Source: Bryobacterales bacterium
GTDB lineage: Bacteria > Acidobacteriota > Terriglobia > Bryobacterales > UBA6623
Reading direction: 5' to 3'
Assembly (NCBI GenBank): GCA_965204435.1
Contig: OZ241997.1
Location: 3,076,550 to 3,140,549, forward strand
Length of the DNA stretch: 64,000 nt
Shown: positions 8,123 to 16,880 of the stretch, one piece after another
Numbering within the stretch: the stretch's first letter is position 1
Layout: each line of letters opens with the position of its first letter
The notes under the pieces: model-generated
What the model saw: only the letters and a program-made list of their open reading frames with translations
Told to the model about the DNA's origin: nothing
Databases searched by the model: none
Translations under genes and position numbers: made by a program

Positions 8123-11011
8123 CTAGAAGCTCAGTCGCAGCGAGAGCTGGAACTGGCGCGGCTCGTACGTCCTTACGGACTGGCCGAACCGCCCGTCACC
8201 GAGGTTGTTGATCGGCTGCTGGTAGTTCACCCGGTTCAGGATGTTGAAGGCCTCCACCCGGAACCGGACGTTCATGCTTTCCCCAACCAGGACCTCCTTC
8301 TCCAACGTCACATGCAGGTCAAAGTAGGAGGGGCCCAGTTCGGAGTTGCGGGCCAGCGAGCCCACGGTGCCGGCTGCCGGCAGGATCTGGTCCGGGGTCG
8401 CGCCTTCGGCCAGCCGGAACTGCACGCTGCCCATGGGCGAGCGATCAATCGTCCCCGCGACATCGTTGATCCGGTTGATCCGCGAGCCGTTCGGATTGTC
8501 CGTGTTCGAAAGGAGCGAGAACGGGCTGCCGCTGCGCGCCCACAGGAGCGTGCCGACCTGCCAGCCTCCCAGCAGGCGGTTTCGCCGGGCGAACGGCAGT
8601 TCGTAGGTGCCGAAGGCGGTCAGGATATGCGGCTGGTGGAAATCGGCGAACGAGCGATCCACATTCCAGTCGGACTGGTCGGTCGGCACGGCGTTGGAGC
8701 TCGAGGCCACGTCGATGGTCCGCGAGAAGGTGTAGGCCAAGCGGTACGAGAGGCCTCGCCCCAAGCGCGCCCGGATCGAAGCCTGCAGGGCGTCGTAATC
8801 CGAGTACGCGCCGCCGGTCAGGTAACTCACCACGCCGCGGCTGGGGTCGGGTCGAAACGGCGCGCGCAGGTTCGGCCCGCCGTTCGGCAGGGAGGTCCTG
8901 GCCAGCTTGAGCCCCCGGTTCCCGACGTAGGCAATACTCCCGACGGAACCGATGCCCCACAACTGGCGCTCGATGGTGAGGTTCCAGTTCTGCACGTAAG
9001 GGTTGACCAACCCGCGGTCCAAGACGTATTCATCGGAACCGACCCGGGCACCCTCTAGGGGGTCGGGCAACCTGGGCCGGAACCGGGAATAGGTCGTGAC
9101 ACTTGGCGGCGCGAACCGCGACTGGGCGATGAAGCCCATCTGCAGGGGACTGAAGAAAAACCCGTAGCCGCCGCGCAGGACTGTCTTGTCGTTCCCGCCT
9201 ACGTTCCATGCGAAACCGGCCCGAGGTGCGATGTTGTTCGGATCGGAGCCGTAGTCCTGCTCGAGCCGGCCGTACTTGTCGCCCGGAACGCCGTAGAACT
9301 CATAGCGGACGCCCAGATTGAGCGTCAGGCTGGGGGTGACCCGCCAGTCGTCCTGCGCATAGAGGCTGAATTCGTGGTTGCGCTGGTCGATGCGCGAGTC
9401 GCCGAATGCGCGGGAGTAGATCAGCGGCTGCCCGCCCAGGAACGCCCCGATCGAGGGGAAGATCATCAGCCCGTTGAAGTTGCGGTCGCTGATGGAGTTG
9501 TATTGGATGTGACGTCCGATCACTCCCGCTTTCAGCGAGTGCTTGCCGGTAACCAAGGTGAAATCGTTGGAATAGGTGTAGTTGTGGAAGCGGGTCTGGG
9601 TCAGCGGAATGAACGTGCCCAAGCGGGGCAGGCCGGTCACCAGAATGACTCCCGCCTGTCCGTTGATCGCCGGATCACCCAGGGAGGGAGTGCCGGGGCT
9701 GACATGCGCGTAATAGGTCGAGTACGTCCCGCGGAACTGGTTGAACGCCCTCCGGGACAGGGACGACTCCAAGCTGACGACGGCGGAGCGGGAGAAGTTG
9801 TCGGTGCTCGCGTTGCCGGCGGGGAGGCGAGACCGCGTCGGGCCGATCGCGTTGACCCAGTTGCCCCTGGCGCCGAGTCGGTGCCGGTCGCCGGGCTGCC
9901 AATCGAGCCGGAGCAGTCCTGTCTGGCTAGTCTGCGGACTCGGCACTGCCGCGCTGTGAAGGTTCGTTCCCGGAACGTTCGGCTCCGGGTAGTGCTGCAG
10001 CAAGGCGCGGACGCTCGGGGCAGCCCTCGCGCGCTGTTCGGGAGTCAGCGTCTGGACCGTCGACGAGGCGCGGTACTGGTTGCGCACGCCAAGCTCGTAT
10101 CCGCCGTAGAAGAACAGGGAGTTGCGGCGAATCGGCCCGCCCAGCGTGACGCCGGGCATGTTGAGCCGTCGCTCCGGGCGCTGGGAGAGCAATGCCCCGC
10201 GCGCGTTCAGTTTCTCGTTCTGAAAGAAGTGATAGGCGGATCCGTGCCACTCGTTCCCGCCACGCTTGGTGACGAGGTTGACGACCGCCCCGGAAGCCCG
10301 ACCGAACTCAGCCTTGAAGTTCGACGTCTGGATCTCGAACGCCTCGACAGTCTCCATCGAGACAGGCTGCTCGGTCAGTCCTCGCCCGAGCAGGTTGCCG
10401 GCGACCGGATCGTTGTACTCGGCAGAATCGACCATCGTGTTCACGGCGCCGAGCGGGCGGTTGCCGTTGACAGTGAACGGCGCGTGGCTCGACCGCGCGA
10501 AGCCGACGCCGGGAGTCTGGTAAGAGATGGCCCGATAGTTCCGTCCCACGTTGTTGGCCACCATCGGGATGCTGGCGACCTCCGGCGGCGCATAGCTGGA
10601 GCCGCGCACCCCGCTGGAGGCGACCCGCTCGATTTCGGCGAAGGAGCCGACCACCGTGATTTCCTCGGAGACGGTGCCGAGTTCGAGGCGGATGTTGTGC
10701 ACGACCTCCTGACCGGCGACCAATTGAATGCTCTCGGCTTGGTAGGCCCGGAACCCTTCCTTCTCAGATACCAGCCTGTAGGAGCCCGTGTCGAGGCCGG
10801 CCAGCCGATAGAGTCCGGCGCCAGAGCTGAGGGACTCCGTAACCGCTCCCGTCCGCAGGGATTCGAGCGCGACAGGCGCGTCGCCGACAGGCGCTCCCGA
10901 CGGATCGAGAACCGTTCCAGTCAGCGTGGCAGATCCGACCTGGGCGCTTGACTGGCCAGTGCCGAACAGGCACAAGGAGATGAGGATTGCTGTGCGAATT
11001 ATCGTCTTCAT
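8123..11011 (-). CDS. TonB-dependent receptor with an N-terminal carboxypeptidase-regulatory-like domain
   Basis: 962-aa ORF with a signal peptide, then ATLTGTVLDPSGAPVGDAPV...GSYRL. The long beta-barrel body ends in the aromatic terminal ...LSLRLSF. Confidence 0.9.
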   Translation of the reverse strand: MKTIIRTAILISLCLFGTGQSSAQVGSATLTGTVLDPSGAPVGDAPVALESLRTGAVTESLSSGAGLYRLAGLDTGSYRLVSEKEGFRAYQAESIQLVAGQEVVHNIRLELGTVSEEITVVGSFAEIERVASSGVRGSSYAPPEVASIPMVANNVGRNYRAISYQTPGVGFARSSHAPFTVNGNRPLGAVNTMVDSAEYNDPVAGNLLGRGLTEQPVSMETVEAFEIQTSNFKAEFGRASGAVVNLVTKRGGNEWHGSAYHFFQNEKLNARGALLSQRPERRLNMPGVTLGGPIRRNSLFFYGGYELGVRNQYRASSTVQTLTPEQRARAAPSVRALLQHYPEPNVPGTNLHSAAVPSPQTSQTGLLRLDWQPGDRHRLGARGNWVNAIGPTRSRLPAGNASTDNFSRSAVVSLESSLSRRAFNQFRGTYSTYYAHVSPGTPSLGDPAINGQAGVILVTGLPRLGTFIPLTQTRFHNYTYSNDFTLVTGKHSLKAGVIGRHIQYNSISDRNFNGLMIFPSIGAFLGGQPLIYSRAFGDSRIDQRNHEFSLYAQDDWRVTPSLTLNLGVRYEFYGVPGDKYGRLEQDYGSDPNNIAPRAGFAWNVGGNDKTVLRGGYGFFFSPLQMGFIAQSRFAPPSVTTYSRFRPRLPDPLEGARVGSDEYVLDRGLVNPYVQNWNLTIERQLWGIGSVGSIAYVGNRGLKLARTSLPNGGPNLRAPFRPDPSRGVVSYLTGGAYSDYDALQASIRARLGRGLSYRLAYTFSRTIDVASSSNAVPTDQSDWNVDRSFADFHQPHILTAFGTYELPFARRNRLLGGWQVGTLLWARSGSPFSLLSNTDNPNGSRINRINDVAGTIDRSPMGSVQFRLAEGATPDQILPAAGTVGSLARNSELGPSYFDLHVTLEKEVLVGESMNVRFRVEAFNILNRVNYQQPINNLGDGRFGQSVRTYEPRQFQLSLRLSF

Positions 11012-11057
11012 GGTTTCTTCCTTTCCATTGCTGTGCCACGCGGAGGGTTCCGCACGG

Positions 11058-14000
11058 CTAGGGCTGCTTGCGGAGTCTTAGGCCGATGAGAAGCGCTGTT
11101 CCCAAGACCGCCAACCCCAGCAGCAGCCAACTGTCGAGACCGCTGCTGTCGGATTCGGGCGCGGAACTGTCCTCGCTGGTCCGAACGAGCCTGCGGCCTT
11201 GGACGATCTCGGCCCCCGCCAAGCCTGCGCTCCGGTCGACAGAGCTCTGGTAGGAGGTCAGGATCGTGGCGCCTTCGACATTGCCCGGCGCCGTCAGGGC
11301 TTGACCCAGAAATTCCTGGAACGCGGCGTTGTCAACGGTCCGGGAGTCCCCGGCCGGTCCGTAGTCCGCGACCGAGAGCGCGTACCGATTCGCGACGCGG
11401 CGAAGGGTCTCCTCGTCAGCGTCCCAGTAGCCCTTGCGAGCGGCCTCGATCAGCACGGCGGTCACGTTCTGGAGCGCGTACGGGTTCTCCTGATCGAACC
11501 ACTCGGGAATACCCAGCTCCAAGGAATCCTCCACGTAGACCCGCTCGACCTCGTCCCAGACGTAGTCGTCGATCGCCTCGGGCTTGGTAACCTGCCAGCC
11601 GAACAGGTTGGTGGCGGTTTGCGAGATCTCGACCGCTCCGGAGAATCCCTCCTCTTGCTGCTCCCGGATCCAGCGCGGGTTCCAATACTTGCCGCGCAGG
11701 TCGCGGGTCAGCGTCTCCCGAACGGTCTCCAAGCGGCCGCGCTCGACGTCGCGCACGTCCGAGACATAGGTCTCCGGCGACGTGCCGGTTGTGTCGCGCA
11801 CGGCCATGGTCATGCCCCCGAGATACTCGAAATAGTGATCCAGCGTCAGCGGGCTGATGACGTTGGTGGAGCGGCTTAGGGAGACGGCCTCGGTGCCGGC
11901 CAGGGCCTGCGCGTAGAGTCCCTCTACGTTCGCGCCCCACTCGGCGCCCTCTGTGTAAACCGCTCCGACCCGCGCCAGGTACTCCTCGGTCAGCCCCGCG
12001 GTGTCCTCGAAGTCGCCACTGCGGATGGTGTTGTCGATAACGCCCGTGCCGTAGCCCCCGACGTTGTTGCTGAAGACCCGAGCGCCGGCGTACAGCCGGG
12101 CGTCCTCGGCCGACATTCCGGCGCGCTTCAATGCGATCTGCGACTCCTCGACGTGATCCGCGATGAAGTTATCGCCGTCCGCGGCCGCGGCAGCCAGCCG
12201 GACCGCCTTGTCCAGGAACTCCATGCGGTCCGGGAAGGTGTCCCGGAACAGGGAGGCCGCCTGGATGACCACGTCGATCCGGGGCCGGCCAAGTTCCTCG
12301 ACCGGCACCAGATCCAAGTCGGCGACGATCCCGTTGTGGTCCCAGACCGGGCGCACGCCGATCAGGTGCAGGATCTGCGCCAAGTCCGTGCCGTAGTGCC
12401 GGATCAATTCGGTGTTCCAGAGCGTGAAGCCGATCTTCTTGGGGTAGCGCCCGAGCCGTTCCCGCTCGGCATCGAGGAGCGCATCCGCCAGAGACACCCC
12501 GACCTCCCACGCGGCCCGCGTGGGCACCTCCTGGGGGTTGATGCCGTACAGGTTGCGGGCAGTCGGAAGCGCCGCGGGGTTCCGGACCGGATCGCCGCCC
12601 GCGCCGGGAGGGATGTAGCCGCCCTCCAGGGCGTGCAGCGTCTGGGGGATCTCGCGAGAGGTGAGCCGCAGCGACGCGAAAATAGTCCTGACTCGGTCCT
12701 CGTCCGGACGCAACGCCGCAGCGACCCGTCGACCTTCCAGGGCTGCCTCGACATGACGGACAGCTCTCTGCTTGGCAGCCTCCCAGCGCGTGCCACTCTC
12801 CACCTGCAGCCCCATCTCGTCCGAGGCCACGCGTCGGACGTAGTCGCTGCCGACCATCGATGTCACCAGCTGAGCCGCCTCGCTGGCAGGATTGTTCTGG
12901 GAATGAACATGCAGCCCGAGCGGAATCCGGTCCTCGTTGATCAGGTGGATGTGGAGCTTCAGCTCGGCAACTTCCTCGTCCGTCGGCAGCCTCTCGGTCC
13001 AGTCGAGGCCCAGATCCTCGTCCAGCGCGCGGGCCTTGCCTAGCTTGGCGATCTGCTCGCGCAAGCGCTCCTTCAGGCTGCCCTCCTCCTGGTCGACGAA
13101 CTGCTCGGCCGCGCGGTACAGCTCGCCGATTTCGGGATCGGCCTCGGACAGCGAAGCCGCCCCGATGGGCGGGACTTGGTGGTCGACGGTCACGGCCGAG
13201 CCCCTGCGCTTGGCGATCAAGGCCTCGCCGACGTTGTCCATTATGTAGACGTAAATGTTCGGCATGCGCCCGAGCGTGATGTCGGACCAGTCGTCGGCGA
13301 GCTGCCCGAGCGGGCGCCCCGGCAGGAACTCGTGCGTCCCGTGCGTGCCGTAGTTGACGATCGCGTCAGCTTCGAACTCGCGCTGCAACCACCAGTACGC
13401 AGCCAGGTACTGGTGGTTCGGAGGCACCCGGTCGTTGTGCTGGAGTCGGGCGTCCATGTTGGCGCCGCGGGCCGGCTGCGGCATCAGGATCACGTTGCCG
13501 AACTCGAGCTTGGGCAAGACGAGCTGCCGGCGGCCGTCTCGCTCGACCGTCATGAACTGGCCCGGGGGCGGGCCGAACGAGCCGACAACCTCCTCGCGCA
13601 AGGCCTCGGGCAGGGACGCGAACCAATCCAGATAGTCCGCTTCGTCGATCAGGGAGACGCCTTCGAGGGAGGCCAGTTCCTCGAGTTCCCCGCGCTGGCT
13701 CTCGCTGATGTTGCGCCCCTTGTGCAGCATCTCGGCCAGCAGCGCGTCCGCGTCCGATACGAGGCCTTCCACGCCGTAGCCCGCCTCCTGCATGCCCCTG
13801 AGGAAGCGGATCAGGCTCCTGGGAACGTTCAGGCTGGCCGCAGTGATCTTGCCCTTCCCGATACCCGCGACATAGATGATTGCGACCTTCTTCTCGGAAT
13901 TGGGCTTGGCCCGCAGCCGGACCCAGCGCAGGGCGCGGTCGGCCAGGCGGCCGATGCGCTCCCGCTCCACGGCTTCGAAGCGGCGGCCGGTCCATTCGGC

Positions 14001-15005
14001 ACGCATCCCCTCGATCAGGGTCGGCTCGATCGCCCCGTCGATCTCGGGCACGATCGCTCCCATGGCGAGGCCGACCCCGCGGAGCCCGTTCTTGGTCTGG
14101 CGGTACTCCTCGAAGGTCTCGCCGGTAAACATCAGCGACGCACCCCGCATGACCGGGATGTCGAACTCGGATTCGAGCAGCTCGACGCCGCGCGGGCCTT
14201 GGAACCAGCGGCCATGGCGCCGCGAGATCACCAGGTCGGGCCGGAACTCCCGCACGAACTGCGGCGTCTTCTGGCCCCCGAAGATCGCGGCGACGTTCGC
14301 GCCTCGGGCTTCGAACGCCTCCAGCAAGGCACCGGTTCCGGTCGTCATGCCGAGCCGCCAGCCATCGGCGAAGTCCAGCAGGATGCGGGGTCCCGACTCG
14401 CGGTGCCGTCCCGACTCGCGCATCCATTGGACGTACTCCTCCGTCGACAGCATCAGGTCGGGAGCCTCGGGGTGGTAATAGCCGTCCTCCGGCGTGGGCT
14501 GAGGATCCTCGTAGGGCTCGCCGCTGCCGAGGTAGTGACTGGCCGCGTACCGGAACAGGTTGGCCATGTTGCGCGGCCCGCTGTGCTCCCAATACGCGCT
14601 GACCTGCTCGGCGTGGGCAGGGTTTCCGTGGCTGGCTAGGAGCCGGTTGTTCCGATCGGCTGGGACGAAAAACACCCCGGCACCTCGCGCAGCAGCTGCG
14701 GCCAAGCCGTCTTGGACAGGCCGCGTCAGCGGCTCCATGCGGCGACTCGAGATGAAGATCGCGTCGTAGCGGGAGAAGTCGGCCGTCTCAAGCTCCGGGT
14801 CGTCCATTTTTTCGCGCGACCAGAACCAAAAGCGGATGCCGGTAGCATCGGCGGCATCGGCTAGCAGGAACAGCTGCTGAGGGGGCACGCCGAGGAAAAG
14901 CATCTTCGGCATCAGCAGGTGGTAGGCAACGCCCCCTGCCAAGAACAGCGCGGCCGCCACGGCGGCGAGCCACTTCAAGAGTTTCCTGTGTCGAGGCGTC
15001 ATCAC
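11058..15005 (-). CDS. CobN/Mg-chelatase large-subunit-like protein (HmuS-like) with hydrophobic helices at both termini
   Basis: 1315-aa ORF with size and blocks typical of CobN/ChlH (..NYGTHGTHEFLPG.., ..GGYIPPGAGGDPVRNP..LPT.RN.Y, ..TLWNTE..). Its GTGATG start overlaps the upstream stop. Confidence 0.8.
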   Translation of the reverse strand: MMTPRHRKLLKWLAAVAAALFLAGGVAYHLLMPKMLFLGVPPQQLFLLADAADATGIRFWFWSREKMDDPELETADFSRYDAIFISSRRMEPLTRPVQDGLAAAAARGAGVFFVPADRNNRLLASHGNPAHAEQVSAYWEHSGPRNMANLFRYAASHYLGSGEPYEDPQPTPEDGYYHPEAPDLMLSTEEYVQWMRESGRHRESGPRILLDFADGWRLGMTTGTGALLEAFEARGANVAAIFGGQKTPQFVREFRPDLVISRRHGRWFQGPRGVELLESEFDIPVMRGASLMFTGETFEEYRQTKNGLRGVGLAMGAIVPEIDGAIEPTLIEGMRAEWTGRRFEAVERERIGRLADRALRWVRLRAKPNSEKKVAIIYVAGIGKGKITAASLNVPRSLIRFLRGMQEAGYGVEGLVSDADALLAEMLHKGRNISESQRGELEELASLEGVSLIDEADYLDWFASLPEALREEVVGSFGPPPGQFMTVERDGRRQLVLPKLEFGNVILMPQPARGANMDARLQHNDRVPPNHQYLAAYWWLQREFEADAIVNYGTHGTHEFLPGRPLGQLADDWSDITLGRMPNIYVYIMDNVGEALIAKRRGSAVTVDHQVPPIGAASLSEADPEIGELYRAAEQFVDQEEGSLKERLREQIAKLGKARALDEDLGLDWTERLPTDEEVAELKLHIHLINEDRIPLGLHVHSQNNPASEAAQLVTSMVGSDYVRRVASDEMGLQVESGTRWEAAKQRAVRHVEAALEGRRVAAALRPDEDRVRTIFASLRLTSREIPQTLHALEGGYIPPGAGGDPVRNPAALPTARNLYGINPQEVPTRAAWEVGVSLADALLDAERERLGRYPKKIGFTLWNTELIRHYGTDLAQILHLIGVRPVWDHNGIVADLDLVPVEELGRPRIDVVIQAASLFRDTFPDRMEFLDKAVRLAAAAADGDNFIADHVEESQIALKRAGMSAEDARLYAGARVFSNNVGGYGTGVIDNTIRSGDFEDTAGLTEEYLARVGAVYTEGAEWGANVEGLYAQALAGTEAVSLSRSTNVISPLTLDHYFEYLGGMTMAVRDTTGTSPETYVSDVRDVERGRLETVRETLTRDLRGKYWNPRWIREQQEEGFSGAVEISQTATNLFGWQVTKPEAIDDYVWDEVERVYVEDSLELGIPEWFDQENPYALQNVTAVLIEAARKGYWDADEETLRRVANRYALSVADYGPAGDSRTVDNAAFQEFLGQALTAPGNVEGATILTSYQSSVDRSAGLAGAEIVQGRRLVRTSEDSSAPESDSSGLDSWLLLGLAVLGTALLIGLRLRKQP

Positions 15006-15400
15006 TCCCCCATCGCGGAGGGCACACCCTCCGGCACGTACACGACTTCCCCGCTCTCCAGCCGGTAGGCCACGCCTAGGCGCGTGCCCCTTCCCGCCCC
15101 TCGCAGCTCGGAAGACTCGAGCTTCTCCATGCGCTCGCCGCGCTTGACGATCATTTCCATGTCCGGCTTTCCTGGATTCGTCACGATCGTGATGTCCTTC
15201 TGGCTCATTCGCGCCGCGATCTCGGCGAGGCTGTCCGCGCCAGCGAGAGCCAGCAGCAGGGCGACCACGAGGACCATCGACGCATCAAAGAGGTTGACCA
15301 CGCCGACGAGCGGGTCGCCGGATCCGCCTGCGCCAGCAAGCGGATCAGCTGCCGAGTTCCAGTCCCGCAGCCGCGAGCGCTGCGGTCGATTGCTGTCCAT
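15002..15400 (-). CDS. DUF2149-like single-pass membrane protein (ExbD/TolR-like architecture)
   Basis: Track ORF is 15002..15421. The ATG at 15400 has GAGGAG 9 nt upstream. It encodes one TM helix (VNLFDASMVLVVALLLALAG) followed by a roughly 70-aa soluble domain. The stop overlaps the CobN-like start. Confidence 0.65.
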   Translation of the reverse strand: MDSNRPQRSRLRDWNSAADPLAGAGGSGDPLVGVVNLFDASMVLVVALLLALAGADSLAEIAARMSQKDITIVTNPGKPDMEMIVKRGERMEKLESSELRGAGRGTRLGVAYRLESGEVVYVPEGVPSAMGE

Positions 15401-15986
15401 ACACTTGCTCCTCTTCTTCACGCCAACGCTCGAGCAGGAACCGGATCTCGATCAAGTCCGCGCGTCCCCAGATCCTCGTGATGGTTCCAAGCCCGAACGC
15501 AACCCCGCCGATCACCAGGCCGATCACAGTCGTGGTGAATCCCAGCAGCAGGTTGGAGGCCATTTGCTGCATGTTTCCCTCGGCAAGCCCCGCAAGAGCG
15601 GGTTGCAGGGGAATGAGCGTGCCGATCAAGCCCAGCATCGGACCCGCCCGGGACACGATCGAGAGTTTTTCGATCCGGGCACGCAGGGCCGTCTCGATGT
15701 CGGTGACCTGCCTGTCGACGAAAACGCTTTGGAGTCCATGGGCTTCCAGCGCGCTCCGCACGGCCCCGAACCGGCCTCGCCACGGCTGCAGCAGGAACCC
15801 GTCCAGGGACAATCCCTCCTCCCGGCAGGCGGCCAGGCTGAATCGATTGGCGCGCCGGTCGACAGCCTCGGAGAGCAACTGCCCGACGAGGTAAGTCATG
15901 CCAACGAACAGTGCGAGAACGGCAACCAGCGTGGGCACGAGGAACGCGCTGGAGAGGGAGTAGAGGATTCCCGACAGGACTTCCAT
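15345..15986 (-). CDS. MotA/TolQ/ExbB proton-channel family protein
   Basis: 213-aa ORF with a three-TM pattern and the family's C-terminal block (SRAGPMLGLIGTLIPL...NLLLGFTTTVIGLVIG). Confidence 0.85.
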   Translation of the reverse strand: MEVLSGILYSLSSAFLVPTLVAVLALFVGMTYLVGQLLSEAVDRRANRFSLAACREEGLSLDGFLLQPWRGRFGAVRSALEAHGLQSVFVDRQVTDIETALRARIEKLSIVSRAGPMLGLIGTLIPLQPALAGLAEGNMQQMASNLLLGFTTTVIGLVIGGVAFGLGTITRIWGRADLIEIRFLLERWREEEEQVYGQQSTAALAAAGLELGS

Positions 15987-16007
15987 CGCTGGTTACGCCT
16001 AGGGGGG

Positions 16008-16667
16008 CTAGTAGGACCTTGTACGGCGGGCGACCAAGAACGAGAGGCCAACCATTAACGCAACAATGCCGAGAACGGAGAGCGACTCGACCCAGTCGAT
16101 GTGCTGGGCCAAGATTCGCGGGGTCTGTGACTGGTGCGGAAGCAAGACCAGCAGCAGGGCGCTCATATTCGACGCCGCGGCAAACCCCAGCGCGGCGCCG
16201 ACGCTCGCGCCACGCCTGGCCCGGCGGCGGGCTGCAAACGCAGCGCCAAGGACGACCCCGCCATAGACGGACATGACCGAAACTCCGGCCAAGAACCCCG
16301 GCAGGTTGGACCACCGAAGGGCCTGCCAAGTAGCGGCACCTGCCGCGTAGAGCAGCAGCGGCGACGGGATCGCGAACAGCCACCCAGACCGCGATTGGGG
16401 ACGGCTCGATCGCCTCGCTCGCTCGAACAGGATCCACAAGAGGCCGTGCACGGCGATCGCGGCGGCCCATGCGGAAGGCTCGTTGACGAGCGCCCGCGCT
16501 TCGGCTTGCGACAATCTCTCGGCTAGGAGGCCGAGAATCGCGCCGGCAGCAAGCAATGACGTCGCATACGCCAAGCGCAAGCCGCGATTTCGAAACGCGG
16601 CCAGCCCTAGGGAATCTCTCGCGGCGAACAGTCCCAATGCAAGCAGAATTAGCAGCAACCAATCCAC
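16008..16667 (-). CDS. polytopic membrane protein of unknown function, first gene of the CobN-like operon
   Basis: 219-aa ORF that is almost entirely hydrophobic helices. It ends 21 nt before the MotA-like gene. No recognisable motif. Confidence 0.6.
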   Translation of the reverse strand: MDWLLLILLALGLFAARDSLGLAAFRNRGLRLAYATSLLAAGAILGLLAERLSQAEARALVNEPSAWAAAIAVHGLLWILFERARRSSRPQSRSGWLFAIPSPLLLYAAGAATWQALRWSNLPGFLAGVSVMSVYGGVVLGAAFAARRRARRGASVGAALGFAAASNMSALLLVLLPHQSQTPRILAQHIDWVESLSVLGIVALMVGLSFLVARRTRSY

Positions 16668-16880
16668 GACGCGCCCAATCTGCTGATGCTAGGGAAATCG
16701 GATTCGAATTCCGAGAAATACCCGGCAAGCAGGTACGTTTCGCTCGCCAGCGGCGCTGAATTTCGCGCTAGCGGGCCTTCCCGAGCCTCGCGAGCCGCGT
16801 CTGTCGAGCAAGCCGCAAACGACTGATCGACAGGTCTTTAGTTTCGCGCGGCGCGGCCGCAGCGCGATCCTGCCGGAGTT

